64,000 nucleotides of DNA from Maricaulis sp. (GTDB taxonomy: Bacteria; Pseudomonadota; Alphaproteobacteria; Caulobacterales; Maricaulaceae): NCBI RefSeq assembly GCF_017643585.1, contig NZ_JAEPND010000001.1. One strand, 5' to 3'. This document shows positions 19,689 through 28,780 of the stretch, piece after piece (the stretch's first letter is position 1; each line of letters starts with the position of its first letter). The position numbers and the translations under genes were made by a program. The notes below the pieces were generated by a model. That model saw only the letters and a list, made by a program, of their open reading frames with translations, did no database searches and was not told where the DNA came from.

Positions 19689-20330
19689 ATGTTTGCGCGT
19701 GCACTTGCCGAAACCATCGGGACATTCTTCCTGCTCGTGGCCGTCATTGGCAGTGGCATCATGGCCGAGAGCCTGACGAATGATACCGCCCTTGCCCTGC
19801 TTGCGAATGCCATCGCGACCGGGGCCGCCCTCGTGGTGTTGATCACGACACTGGGGCCCGTCTCGGGTGCACATTTCAACCCCGCGGTCTCGATCGTCAT
19901 GTTCCTGCGCGGCGCTCTGAAGCCGGCCGAGCTGGTCCTGTTCATCGCCTGCCAGGTTCTGGCAGGCCTTGTCGCAGTCATGGCGACGCATTTCATGTTC
20001 GAACAGAGCCTGATCCAGATCTCGACGACCTCTCGGACAGGTTTGGCGCAATACGGATCGGAATTCCTGGCGACATTTGGCCTGGTCTTCTTCATCCTGC
20101 TGGGCATCCGTCACAATGCCGGTGCCGTGCCCTGGATTGTCGGCCTCTACATCACCGGGGCGTACTGGTTCACTTCGTCAACCAGCTTTGCCAACCCGGC
20201 TGTCACCATTGCGCGCAGCTTCACGGACACGTTTTCCGGCATCAATCCGAGCCATATGCCGATGTTCATCATCACGCAGCTGCTCGGGGCCGTCGTCGCC
20301 TGGCTGATCGCCAAACCACTGACCCGCTAG
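19689..20330 (+). CDS. aqpS: MIP-family aquaglyceroporin (AqpS-like arsenite channel)
   Basis: Two NPA boxes (HFNPAVS, FANPAVT) and 6 TM helices. Third gene of the ars module. Confidence 0.8.
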   Translation: MFARALAETIGTFFLLVAVIGSGIMAESLTNDTALALLANAIATGAALVVLITTLGPVSGAHFNPAVSIVMFLRGALKPAELVLFIACQVLAGLVAVMATHFMFEQSLIQISTTSRTGLAQYGSEFLATFGLVFFILLGIRHNAGAVPWIVGLYITGAYWFTSSTSFANPAVTIARSFTDTFSGINPSHMPMFIITQLLGAVVAWLIAKPLTR

Positions 20331-21057
20331 TCGATTTCGGTCCCTAGACCCGGAAACTGACCGCCAATGCCGCGACCGCCGCCCGGACCGCGACCCTGAC
20401 CGCGCTGCCCGCCGGCATTACGCACGCGACGTTCCTGGACCAATCGGGAACATTCCGGCGTCAGCGGGCGCGCCTGCAAGGGTTCGAGGGCGAAGCGTGT
20501 CGCCTCCGCCTGAACATGTTCGCGGACATCCCGGCTGACGGCTGCTTCGAGTTGCGCCTCCAGCGCATCCGGGATGCGGTCGATGCCGTAGGCGCGATCG
20601 CGGGTATTTCGAGTGTAGACGCTGGCCCAGAACATCCCGCGCTCTATGGCCTCGCTTGACCCGACCGTCCAGTAAGCCTGGACAAGTTCGGCCTGGGCCG
20701 CGCCCCATCCTGCAGCCGCCGCGCTCTCGAGACGCTCGAAGCCCTCGGTGCGATATTCAGGGCGAAGGATGTCGGGGGTGGCGGGGTGATCGGCCAGCTG
20801 CAACAGGCTGTAGCCGGCGAGCTATTGCGCGATTTCATAGCCATGACCCTGATCAGCGACACAACGCAGGATCGGCAGGGCTGTCTCGTAGCGCCCTTCA
20901 TCCACAAGACGGGCAGCGAGGGTGAAACCACTCGCCGGGCCAGCCGAGCCCTGGCCCGGCCCGCCCCCGCACGCTCGGCGCGACGCTGATCGGGTCCAGG
21001 CGTAGCGCAAGCGGCCACTACGAGAAGGCTGGCGATGACTGAGAATTGTCGCAACAC
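20327..21057 (-). pseudogene. disrupted lipoprotein gene (helical-repeat, Sel1/TPR-like) with one frameshift and one in-frame TAG
   Basis: GTG 21057 with a GGAGA SD opens a lipoprotein signal (LRQFSVIASLLVVAAC). The sensible reading then moves to another frame near the C5/G5 run at 20964-20968, hits TAG at 20822-20824, and continues in that same frame to 20327. Confidence 0.5.
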
Positions 21058-21116
21058 GTGAGTCTCCAGAACCAAGCCCCGGAGTTCAACGTGGCGACAT
21101 GTGTTTTCCATCGCGC

Positions 21117-21150
21117 AAAAAAGAACACCCGGCCGATGGGCCGGGTGTTC
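21117..21150 (-). terminator. Rho-independent terminator of the autotransporter gene
   Basis: Perfect 12-bp stem GAACACCCGGCC / GGCCGGGTGTTC (21123-21134 / 21139-21150) with a 4-nt loop, followed on the minus strand by T6 (21117-21122). Confidence 0.9.
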
Positions 21151-21171
21151 CTCAAAGCGTTGTTGGTTCGA

Positions 21172-24100
21172 TTAGAACGGGACGCTGACGCCAACAGAGA
21201 CGCCCGTGCGGTCGATCACTTCGCGACCCTCTTCGGTGAAGGCACCGAGGCTGAGGGTTGCGCCCGTTTCGAACTCACGTTCGATGCTGACAGAGATCTC
21301 GTACCAGACCTCATCAACGTCGATCGACTCAGTCGTGCCGAAGCTGACATTCGGCGCGCCCTGGAACGAGGCGGAATAGGCTTCCGACTCAGCACCAAAG
21401 TCAGACGCCACACCGAGATAGAGCACCGGACGCAGGCCGGCGATATTCGTCTCGGCGCTGAAGTGCGCGCCCATGCGAGCGATCAGGCTGTCCGAGGAAC
21501 GGGCATCGATATTGGCACCCGGGATCGCCTGTGCAGTCGTCGCATCGTAATCGAACTCGGTCGATACGAGGCTGGCCGTCGGCACGATCTGGTAGGCCGC
21601 ACCGGCATCGGTCAGACGATAGTCCGCAACCACGCCAAGGCTGGTGGCGTCGCCCTCGAGATCAGACGCGATTACAGATGACATGCCGCCCATCACAACC
21701 GTGCGCTGCGCGTCCGTTTCGCTGCTTGCGAAGCTGTAGAAGCCGGAGACACCGAAACGCTCGGTCTGATAACCGCCGAAGAGGCTGAACTGCGTCGTCG
21801 AGGTTTCGCTGGAGATCGAGTTGAGGATGCTCGGGCTGTCCATGTCCGTGCTGGCCATACCGACAGCAGCACCAACGGACCAACCGGAGTCGAAGGTGGC
21901 TTCAAGACCGAACAGCGAGAACTCGCCATCCAGATCCGTGGAGCCCGTACCGTAGGTCAGGTCGACATCACCGCTGACATAACCCACTTCACCGAAGGCG
22001 CGCAGACCCGGCTGCGACGCTTCCATGTCACCACCATGATTGTGGCGGAACAGCATCTTGGCACCGGAAGCTGCCAGCGGGCTGGCAACACCGTCAGCCT
22101 GCAGTTCTGCAGACTGCACTGCAACCGCGATCTCGGCTGCGCTGGAACCGCCGCTATTGCGAATCTGGCCCATCAGGGCTGCATTCAGTGTGTCCGTGTG
22201 AGAACGCAGAGAGCGATCGAACATCACGGATTCGAACGGCGTCAGTGACGTCAACGCATCCGCCAGATCATCACCCGACAACAGGTCGAGCGGACCGAAA
22301 ATATCGGCCAGTGCGGCGTAGTCGGTGTCACGTGCATTGTCCAGTGCATTGCCGAGGCTGGCCTGGAACAGGTTGGTATAGGTGGTCTGGGTCGAGAACG
22401 ATTCCGCCGTCAGCTCCAGCGTCGCCTGACCACCTGCCAGCGTCACGACCGGACGCAGAACACCCGGAAGATCCATCACGCTGGCAAAACCACCAATGAT
22501 CGAGTTGGCGTTCAGGAAGACATAGCTGTCGCCATAGCGCGGCAGGTATCCAGCCAGCGGGTTGAACACCAGCAAACCATCCAGCGACGCATCGCCGGTG
22601 ATATTGAGCATGGACGAACCAGCCCCATCAACATTGATGACCAGCGAACCTGCGCTGGACTGAACGTAGTCACCCCAGAGATCAAGCGTGCCGGTTGCCG
22701 TTTCGGAACCCGGCAGGACCGCACCACCGATATTCCACATCGTCATGGTGTTGAGGGTGCCGGTACCCATCAGCATGCCGCCCGTCATCATGTATTCGCG
22801 GGCATTCACGCGACCGTTCAGGTCTACGATGCCTGCAGACTGATTGAATGAAATCAGCGTGTTGAATGTCCAATCAGCGCCAATATCGAAACGAGCCTCG
22901 GCATTTGCAACGGACATCGTGTCGAGTTCGACATTCATGTCCAGGGTGGTTGTACCCGCATTCGAAAGGGTGACATTGAAGAAGCGCGCGACGCTGGAGC
23001 TCGGATCATTGAATGTACCGAATGTTCCGTAGTGGTTGTTCGGAACCCAGGTCCCCGGATCCAGGTTGGACGCAACACCGGTGACACCGTCCTGGGAGAC
23101 CGTAACGCCACCGAAATTGGCTGCGAGGTCGACATCTTGGACCTGGACATCGGTCAGCTTAGAGCCCGCATCACCGTTAGGTGAAACGCTGCCATCCTGG
23201 ACCTGGACATTGGTGCCCTTGCCGGTCTGGCCCGGCAGGTCGATCGTGCCGCGGAAATCGATATCCATCAGCGTGGCCGCCGTGGACAGTTCTTCGGCTG
23301 TGGACTCCTGCGGAGCAGCCGTAGCGCGATGCGCATTGACCTCGGTGTCGAAAATGGTTCCGAACGCACCGTCCGTGGTCGTCATCGCGTCCAGCGCGCT
23401 TGTCGGCGCCGTCGTTGACAGGCCATTGACCGCATTGCCGTTCTCATCAAGTACGAAATAGTTCGGATCCAACGTCTGTTGCCAGCGCGACGCGTCAGAC
23501 CAGACACCATCACCTTCGGCGGCAGAAGCGTAGACGTACGGGTTCTGGGCAACGATCCAGTTCTGATACAGGAAAAGCGGGTTGTAATAGCTCAGATCAC
23601 CGTAACCACCGTTCGGGCTGGTAAAGGTCCAACCACCTGACAACACGCCCAGGATCAGGTTCTGACCTCCAAAGTTGGAGAACAGAGCGCCGCCAGAGTC
23701 ACCACCAGCCGTGCCGGCCTCGCGATCGGTCGCATCTCCCGGGAACCAGTCCATATGGTCGCCGACAGAGATCGCCGAGGTGAAATCGAACGTGATCGGA
23801 TTCGTGAAAGGAGGTGTCGTACATGTGATGTCGCTGGCACCCAGGAATGCCGGCCCACGAGTACAATCGTTCGGATTGCGATCCGGGCGGTCGAAGTCTG
23901 TGTGGTACATCATCTGCGAGCCTGAAGGCCCGACAAGCCCAGACCACGAGCCAGGCGCGATACCGAAGGTCGCCGTAAGGAAATCATCCTGGGAAATCAG
24001 TGCGTCAACCATGTTCTCGCCCGCACGGCGCTTCCAGTCGATGCCACCAATCGGGCCGGTAGAACCGGTACCGTTGCCGCCATAACCGACCATGTCCACG

Positions 24101-24618
24101 TGACGCGCTTCGGTGATTGCGGAGAACAGCATACCATAGGTCGGCAGGCCGATTGCCGGCGTGTCTAGGGTCGCCATGGCGACGTCTGCACCCGGGAAGG
24201 AAAAACCAGTGTCCAAGACAGTCTGATATTGCAGGACATTATAAACATGCATGTCCGGATTGGACTGGAAGCTGTTGGCAAACCAGTTCTGGAATCCCGG
24301 CAAAGCGTCGACGCCGAAGCTGAATGCCATCGGGATTGATCCGAAAGTGCCATACTGATCATTCGGCGCATTATCCGCGCAGTGCGCCGCGAAGATCACT
24401 GTGCGGGCATTAACCAGCTGTCCGGTACAGACAAAACCACCCGCGAACATCATGCCGACACCGGACCAGGTGTTTTCGGTATCAACCATACCGTCTGTAC
24501 CAACATCATCACGCCCCGGCAGGGCATGAGCCGCGCTCGCCGCCATGGCCAGGATCGCGGCGGATGCTGTAACATTGAGTGCGCGCTTGAATGCACGCCC
24601 GAAATTCTTCTGAGACAT
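21172..24618 (-). CDS. autotransporter with trypsin-like (S1) serine-protease passenger domain
   Basis: Signal peptide ending AHA. Catalytic His in VIFAAHC (His codon 24382-24384), Asp candidate in GADVAMATL, Ser in GGDSGGALF (Ser codon 23695-23697). Long Gly/Thr/Asn-rich passenger and a C-terminal beta-barrel ending ...VGVSVPF. ATG 24618 follows GGGGGAGA. Confidence 0.85.
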   Translation of the reverse strand: MSQKNFGRAFKRALNVTASAAILAMAASAAHALPGRDDVGTDGMVDTENTWSGVGMMFAGGFVCTGQLVNARTVIFAAHCADNAPNDQYGTFGSIPMAFSFGVDALPGFQNWFANSFQSNPDMHVYNVLQYQTVLDTGFSFPGADVAMATLDTPAIGLPTYGMLFSAITEARHVDMVGYGGNGTGSTGPIGGIDWKRRAGENMVDALISQDDFLTATFGIAPGSWSGLVGPSGSQMMYHTDFDRPDRNPNDCTRGPAFLGASDITCTTPPFTNPITFDFTSAISVGDHMDWFPGDATDREAGTAGGDSGGALFSNFGGQNLILGVLSGGWTFTSPNGGYGDLSYYNPLFLYQNWIVAQNPYVYASAAEGDGVWSDASRWQQTLDPNYFVLDENGNAVNGLSTTAPTSALDAMTTTDGAFGTIFDTEVNAHRATAAPQESTAEELSTAATLMDIDFRGTIDLPGQTGKGTNVQVQDGSVSPNGDAGSKLTDVQVQDVDLAANFGGVTVSQDGVTGVASNLDPGTWVPNNHYGTFGTFNDPSSSVARFFNVTLSNAGTTTLDMNVELDTMSVANAEARFDIGADWTFNTLISFNQSAGIVDLNGRVNAREYMMTGGMLMGTGTLNTMTMWNIGGAVLPGSETATGTLDLWGDYVQSSAGSLVINVDGAGSSMLNITGDASLDGLLVFNPLAGYLPRYGDSYVFLNANSIIGGFASVMDLPGVLRPVVTLAGGQATLELTAESFSTQTTYTNLFQASLGNALDNARDTDYAALADIFGPLDLLSGDDLADALTSLTPFESVMFDRSLRSHTDTLNAALMGQIRNSGGSSAAEIAVAVQSAELQADGVASPLAASGAKMLFRHNHGGDMEASQPGLRAFGEVGYVSGDVDLTYGTGSTDLDGEFSLFGLEATFDSGWSVGAAVGMASTDMDSPSILNSISSETSTTQFSLFGGYQTERFGVSGFYSFASSETDAQRTVVMGGMSSVIASDLEGDATSLGVVADYRLTDAGAAYQIVPTASLVSTEFDYDATTAQAIPGANIDARSSDSLIARMGAHFSAETNIAGLRPVLYLGVASDFGAESEAYSASFQGAPNVSFGTTESIDVDEVWYEISVSIEREFETGATLSLGAFTEEGREVIDRTGVSVGVSVPF

Positions 24619-24954
24619 GGATCTCCCCCTTGTAAGAACCGGTGTTGGACGAAGTCTTAGTCCATTTCGCAGTCGCTGTAGAACTGATTTTTCAAATGCC
24701 GCAACTGGAAATTGATGCATATCGATATTTCCAAACACGTAGCACTGCGGCGCATTCGTCAACCCTTGCGGGCGGCTTGTCACACATCTCCTCGCAAACC
24801 GTTGTCCCAAAGCAACGGTCCGTCAGTGAGACGGCATGACAAGCTTGCAAGATGCCGCGCCACCGCCTCGACACAGGCTGCCAGCCGTATTAAGTGACCC
24901 GCAAATATCTTGCCCAATCCGGGCCAAGCTTAGAACATCAGGGGAGAGACGCGC

Positions 24955-26454
24955 ATGAGCCGCGAAATTCATCACTTTGTGAATGGCAAATCCCATACCG
25001 GCAATTCCGGCCGCTATGGCGATGTCTTCAATCCCAGCACCGGCGAAATCCAGGCGCGAGTCCAACTGGCCACGACCGACGAAGTCGCGTCCGCCGTTGA
25101 AGGCGCCAAGAAAGGCCAGGCCGTCTGGGCCGCGATGAACCCGCAGCGTCGTGCCCGCGTCCTGATGAAATACAAAATGCTCGTTGAGGCCGAGATGGAC
25201 AGCCTTGCGGAACTGCTGTCCTCCGAGCACGGCAAGGTCATCGCCGACGCCAAGGGTGATCTGATCCGCGGGCTTGAAGTCATCGAGTTCGCCATGGGCG
25301 TCCCGCACCTGCTGAAGGGCGAATATACCGAGAGCGCCGGCACCGGCATTGACGTCTATTCCATGCGCCAGCCGCTCGGCGTCGTCGCCGGCATCTCGCC
25401 ATTCAACTTCCCGGCCATGATCCCGATGTGGTTCATGGGCATGGCGCTGTCCACGGGCAACGCGCTGGTCCTCAAACCGTCGGAAAAAGATCCGTCAGTC
25501 CCGGTTCGCCTGGCTGAATTGTGGATGGAAGCTGGCCTGCCCGAGGGTGTTCTGCAAATCGTCCATGGCGACAAGGAAGCGGTCGACGCCCTGCTGCACC
25601 ATGACGATATCAAGGCCGTCAGCTTTGTCGGCTCGTCCAACATCGCCCAGTACATTGCCGCGACCTGTGCTGCCAATGGCAAGCGCTTCCAGGCCATGGG
25701 TGGCGCCAAGAACCACGGCATCATCATGCCGGACGCCGATATGGACCAGGTGGTCAAGGATTTCCTCGGCGCCGCCTATGGCTCTGCCGGCGAGCGCTGC
25801 ATGGCGCTGCCGGTCGCGGTTCCGGTTGGCAAGGACACGGCGGACAAGTTTGTGGCTCGCATGAAAGAGGAAGCGCAGAAGCTGAGCGTCGGCGTCTCCA
25901 ACGATCCGGACGCCCATTACGGACCGGTTGTCAGCGCGGCTCACAAGGCCAGCATCGAGAACTGGATTGGCAAGGGCGTCGAGGAGGGCGCAGACCTGCT
26001 GCTCGACGGTCGCGGCTTCTCCCTGCAGGGCCACGAGAAGGGCTTTTTCATCGGCCCGAGCCTGTTCGATAATGTCACCACCGAAATGACCTCCTATCAG
26101 GAAGAGATCTTCGGACCGGTTCTGCAGGTGGTTCGCGCCAATGATCTGGAAGAAGCTGCGGCCCTGCCCAGCCAGCACCAGTACGGCAATGGCGTCGCCA
26201 TCTTCACCCGCAACGGCCTGGCGGCGCGCGAGTTTGCCGCCAAGGTCAATGTCGGCATGGTCGGCATCAATGTGCCGATTCCGGTCCCGGTGGCCTACCA
26301 CTCCTTTGGTGGCTGGAAGCGATCGGCCTTCACCGACACCAACCAGTACGGCACCGATGGCATCCGTTTCTTCACCAAGATCAAGACGGTGACCCAGCGC
26401 TGGCCGTCCGGCGAGATTGGCGACCAGGCCTTCGTCATCCCGACGATGCAGTAG
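24955..26454 (+). CDS. mmsA: CoA-acylating methylmalonate-semialdehyde dehydrogenase
   Basis: Aldehyde-dehydrogenase fold with FNFPAMIPMW and catalytic Cys in GERCMA. Length and N-terminus (HFVNGK...) are typical of MmsA. Confidence 0.9.
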   Translation: MSREIHHFVNGKSHTGNSGRYGDVFNPSTGEIQARVQLATTDEVASAVEGAKKGQAVWAAMNPQRRARVLMKYKMLVEAEMDSLAELLSSEHGKVIADAKGDLIRGLEVIEFAMGVPHLLKGEYTESAGTGIDVYSMRQPLGVVAGISPFNFPAMIPMWFMGMALSTGNALVLKPSEKDPSVPVRLAELWMEAGLPEGVLQIVHGDKEAVDALLHHDDIKAVSFVGSSNIAQYIAATCAANGKRFQAMGGAKNHGIIMPDADMDQVVKDFLGAAYGSAGERCMALPVAVPVGKDTADKFVARMKEEAQKLSVGVSNDPDAHYGPVVSAAHKASIENWIGKGVEEGADLLLDGRGFSLQGHEKGFFIGPSLFDNVTTEMTSYQEEIFGPVLQVVRANDLEEAAALPSQHQYGNGVAIFTRNGLAAREFAAKVNVGMVGINVPIPVPVAYHSFGGWKRSAFTDTNQYGTDGIRFFTKIKTVTQRWPSGEIGDQAFVIPTMQ

Positions 26455-26466
26455 GCACCACCAAGG

Positions 26467-26494
26467 AAGCCGCTCCTAGTGAGCGGCTTTTTTT
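26467..26494 (+). terminator. Rho-independent terminator of mmsA
   Basis: AAGCCGCTC (26467-26475), loop CTAGT, GAGCGGCTT (26481-26489), with a T7 run at 26488-26494. The stop codon of the convergent minus-strand ORF lies in the loop. Confidence 0.85.
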
Positions 26495-26895
26495 CTGTCC
26501 GATTGTGGTGTGCGATCCGATGGCTCGGTGGCAATTCTCAGCCAGTCCAGAGCCGCTTCCCGCGCCTTGAAGACCTCGACCCAGATATCGAGCTCAGGCA
26601 CCAGTGACCAGACGCGCTCAAAATGCGCCTCTGACCATCCCAGCGGCGGCAGGAAGGCAATCGGCAGGGAACGCTCAAGCGCAAAGATGAAATTCTCGAC
26701 GATTTCAGCTGAATAGGCAGGAGTGCTTGTGATCTCGGTGTCACGTACATCGACAAGAATACCGATCGCGTTCGCGGCGACCACATGCTCGCGAACTGTC
26801 TCGTGTGCCCAGCCGGTCTCCTGACGACTGAGAACACCCCAGCAGATCATGGAGACAAAAAGACCATCCTCGAGAAGTTCGACCTTCACCGGCAT
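26476..26895 (-). CDS. hypothetical protein (STAS/SpoIIAA-like architecture suspected)
   Basis: 139-aa ORF starting MPVKVELL. Coding-like composition, no motif recognised. Similar layout to the upstream disrupted ORF. Confidence 0.45.
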   Translation of the reverse strand: MPVKVELLEDGLFVSMICWGVLSRQETGWAHETVREHVVAANAIGILVDVRDTEITSTPAYSAEIVENFIFALERSLPIAFLPPLGWSEAHFERVWSLVPELDIWVEVFKAREAALDWLRIATEPSDRTPQSDRKKAAH

Positions 26896-27150
26896 ACGCA
26901 TCACCACACACGATTTTTCTTGTTATTCACCCACTCGGGATGATGCAGACGTATCGCAAGTGCCCCGCTGCGGCCAGTATTTGAAAATTCGATTCACCTA
27001 CCAGAGCAAGCAGATCCGGCTAGCTGCACTTCTTTCGCGAGCGCGCAATCGTGGCCAGCAACCAGTCAGGCCCTGCCACTTCCCCGGTGCGTTGCCCGGG
27101 CTGGTCTACAAGCAGGATGCCGGTCTTGACATCTTACTCCAGCAAGGCAA

Positions 27151-27531
27151 TCAGCGACTCTTGGCCACCTGGGAGACCCAGTCGAAAGCGTCTTCAGGGG
27201 TCGGGAAAACACCCACCGGTGTGCCGTTGTTAAAGCCCGTCAGTTCCAGCAGCATCGACTGGTCCGGCGTAACCGCACCATCGATGACATAGGCAGTCGG
27301 AACATGTGTGCCGATCTTATCGAAATACTGGGCAATCAGATCGATCTAGGCATCCATTGGTATGTCGACCGTATCTGCACGGGTGTCGATCACCACGCCG
27401 CGCGGACTGTTGGCCCGCACAGCGTCACGGGTATCATCAATGGCTCTGTCGATCTCGGCGGGACCCACATCTCCGCTTCCGGTTTGCAGCACGATCCGGG
27501 GCTCTGGCAGATAGCTGACGGCAATAGGCAT
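27151..27531 (-). pseudogene. small ORF interrupted by an in-frame TAG (distant paralog of 26476-26895?)
   Basis: ATG 27531 with a GGAGA SD. The frame reads ...TVDIPMDA-TAG(27346-27348)-IDLIAQYFDKIG...FDWVSQVAKSR-TGA(27151-27153) with no other stop. 127 codons in total. Confidence 0.45.
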
Positions 27532-27640
27532 ACAATCTCCGCGAGAACGAACGCTCGCCCTACAATAATTGCAAGAATTTCGCGTTCAAGGCGCTTGCAG
27601 AGAAAACCGGCTTTCGCCAGTTTGAAACCGGGAGGACCAG

Positions 27641-28780
27641 ATGGCTGCATATGATTTCAGAACGGTACCGCACATTCATGTCGGCCGTGGAGCCACCGCT
27701 CAGCTGAGCCGCGTGTGCGCGTCACTCATCGGCAATGCCAGGCGCATCTTTCTGGTAACCGATGCCGGCGTCCGGAAGCTGGGCCTGATCGATGCCGCTG
27801 TTAAAAGCCTCGAAGCTGCCGAGCTGGACGTTCAAATCTTTGATCAGGTCGTCGCCGACCCACCCAAGGATGTGGTGTTGATGGCCGAGGACCAGGCACG
27901 GGCCTTTGGCGCAGAAATTGTTATCGGACTGGGCGGCGGCAGCTCGATGGACACAGCCAAGCTGATCGCCCTGCTCCTGGGCTCGGATCAGGCCCTGGAA
28001 GATATGTACGGCGTCAACAATGCTACCGGCCCGCGTCTGCCACTTGTGCTCATCCCCACCACCGCAGGAACCGGCTCCGAGGTCACGCCAATCTCGGTGA
28101 TCACCATCGGCGAGAGCACGAAAATGGGCGTGAACGCTCCGCCTCTCTATGCGGACATCGCCGTTCTGGACGCCGAGCTGACGCTGGGCTTGCCGCGCGC
28201 CGTAACAGCAGCCACCGGCATTGATGCGATGGTGCACGCCATCGAAGGCTACACGTCCAGGATTGAGAAAAATCCGATCTCCGACAGCCTCGCCCTGGCG
28301 GGATTGAGGAAGCTGCACGGTGCGATCGAACGCGCCTGCCTGGTCGGTGACGATGTCCAGGCTCGAGAGGACATGCTGACCGGCGCACTGTTGGCGGGTC
28401 AGGCGTTCGCCAATGCGCCTGTGGGTGCGGTGCATGCGCTCGCCTATCCGCTCGGTGGCGTATTCCACATCCCGCACGGCCTCTCCAACTCCCTGATGCT
28501 CCCCCCGGTGCTGCGCTACAACGCCGAGGCTGCTGAGCCTCTCTACGCGGAACTCGCCAGCCATCTTGGCCTGCACGCCTCCACGGACGGGCTGGTCGAA
28601 GAGATGGAGCGCATCGCGGATGTCGTCGGAATTGAAACCCGCCTGTCCCAGCTCGGGATCAGTCATAATGATCTGCCGCGTCTGGCCGAAGAGGCGATGG
28701 ACGTGAAACGCCTGCTGGTCAACAATCCGCGAGACATGACCCTGGATGCCGCGCTGGCGTGTTACGAGGCCGTACTGTGA
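27641..28780 (+). CDS. iron-containing (group III) alcohol dehydrogenase
   Basis: GLGGGSSMDTAK NAD motif and metal-ligand His residues (MVHAIEG, HALAYPLGG..HIPHG). Confidence 0.85.
   Translation: MAAYDFRTVPHIHVGRGATAQLSRVCASLIGNARRIFLVTDAGVRKLGLIDAAVKSLEAAELDVQIFDQVVADPPKDVVLMAEDQARAFGAEIVIGLGGGSSMDTAKLIALLLGSDQALEDMYGVNNATGPRLPLVLIPTTAGTGSEVTPISVITIGESTKMGVNAPPLYADIAVLDAELTLGLPRAVTAATGIDAMVHAIEGYTSRIEKNPISDSLALAGLRKLHGAIERACLVGDDVQAREDMLTGALLAGQAFANAPVGAVHALAYPLGGVFHIPHGLSNSLMLPPVLRYNAEAAEPLYAELASHLGLHASTDGLVEEMERIADVVGIETRLSQLGISHNDLPRLAEEAMDVKRLLVNNPRDMTLDAALACYEAVL

Noticed and set aside
20644-21111. 155-aa ORF taken at face value as an intact gene
   Set aside because: Only its first about 25 codons after GVL (the lipoprotein signal) look real. 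The remainder is Arg/Ser/Pro-rich off-frame sequence, and protein-like sequence continues in the frame of ORFs 20822-21010 and 20327-20803. It is treated as part of a frameshifted pseudogene.
20822-27348. Genome-wide reassignment or suppression of TAG (two in-frame TAGs at 20822-20824 and 27346-27348)
   Set aside because: TAG closes many well-conserved genes here at their expected C-termini (sdhA, sdhB, arsC, aqpS, zapE, sucB), so TAG functions as a normal stop. Local nonsense mutations are the simpler explanation.
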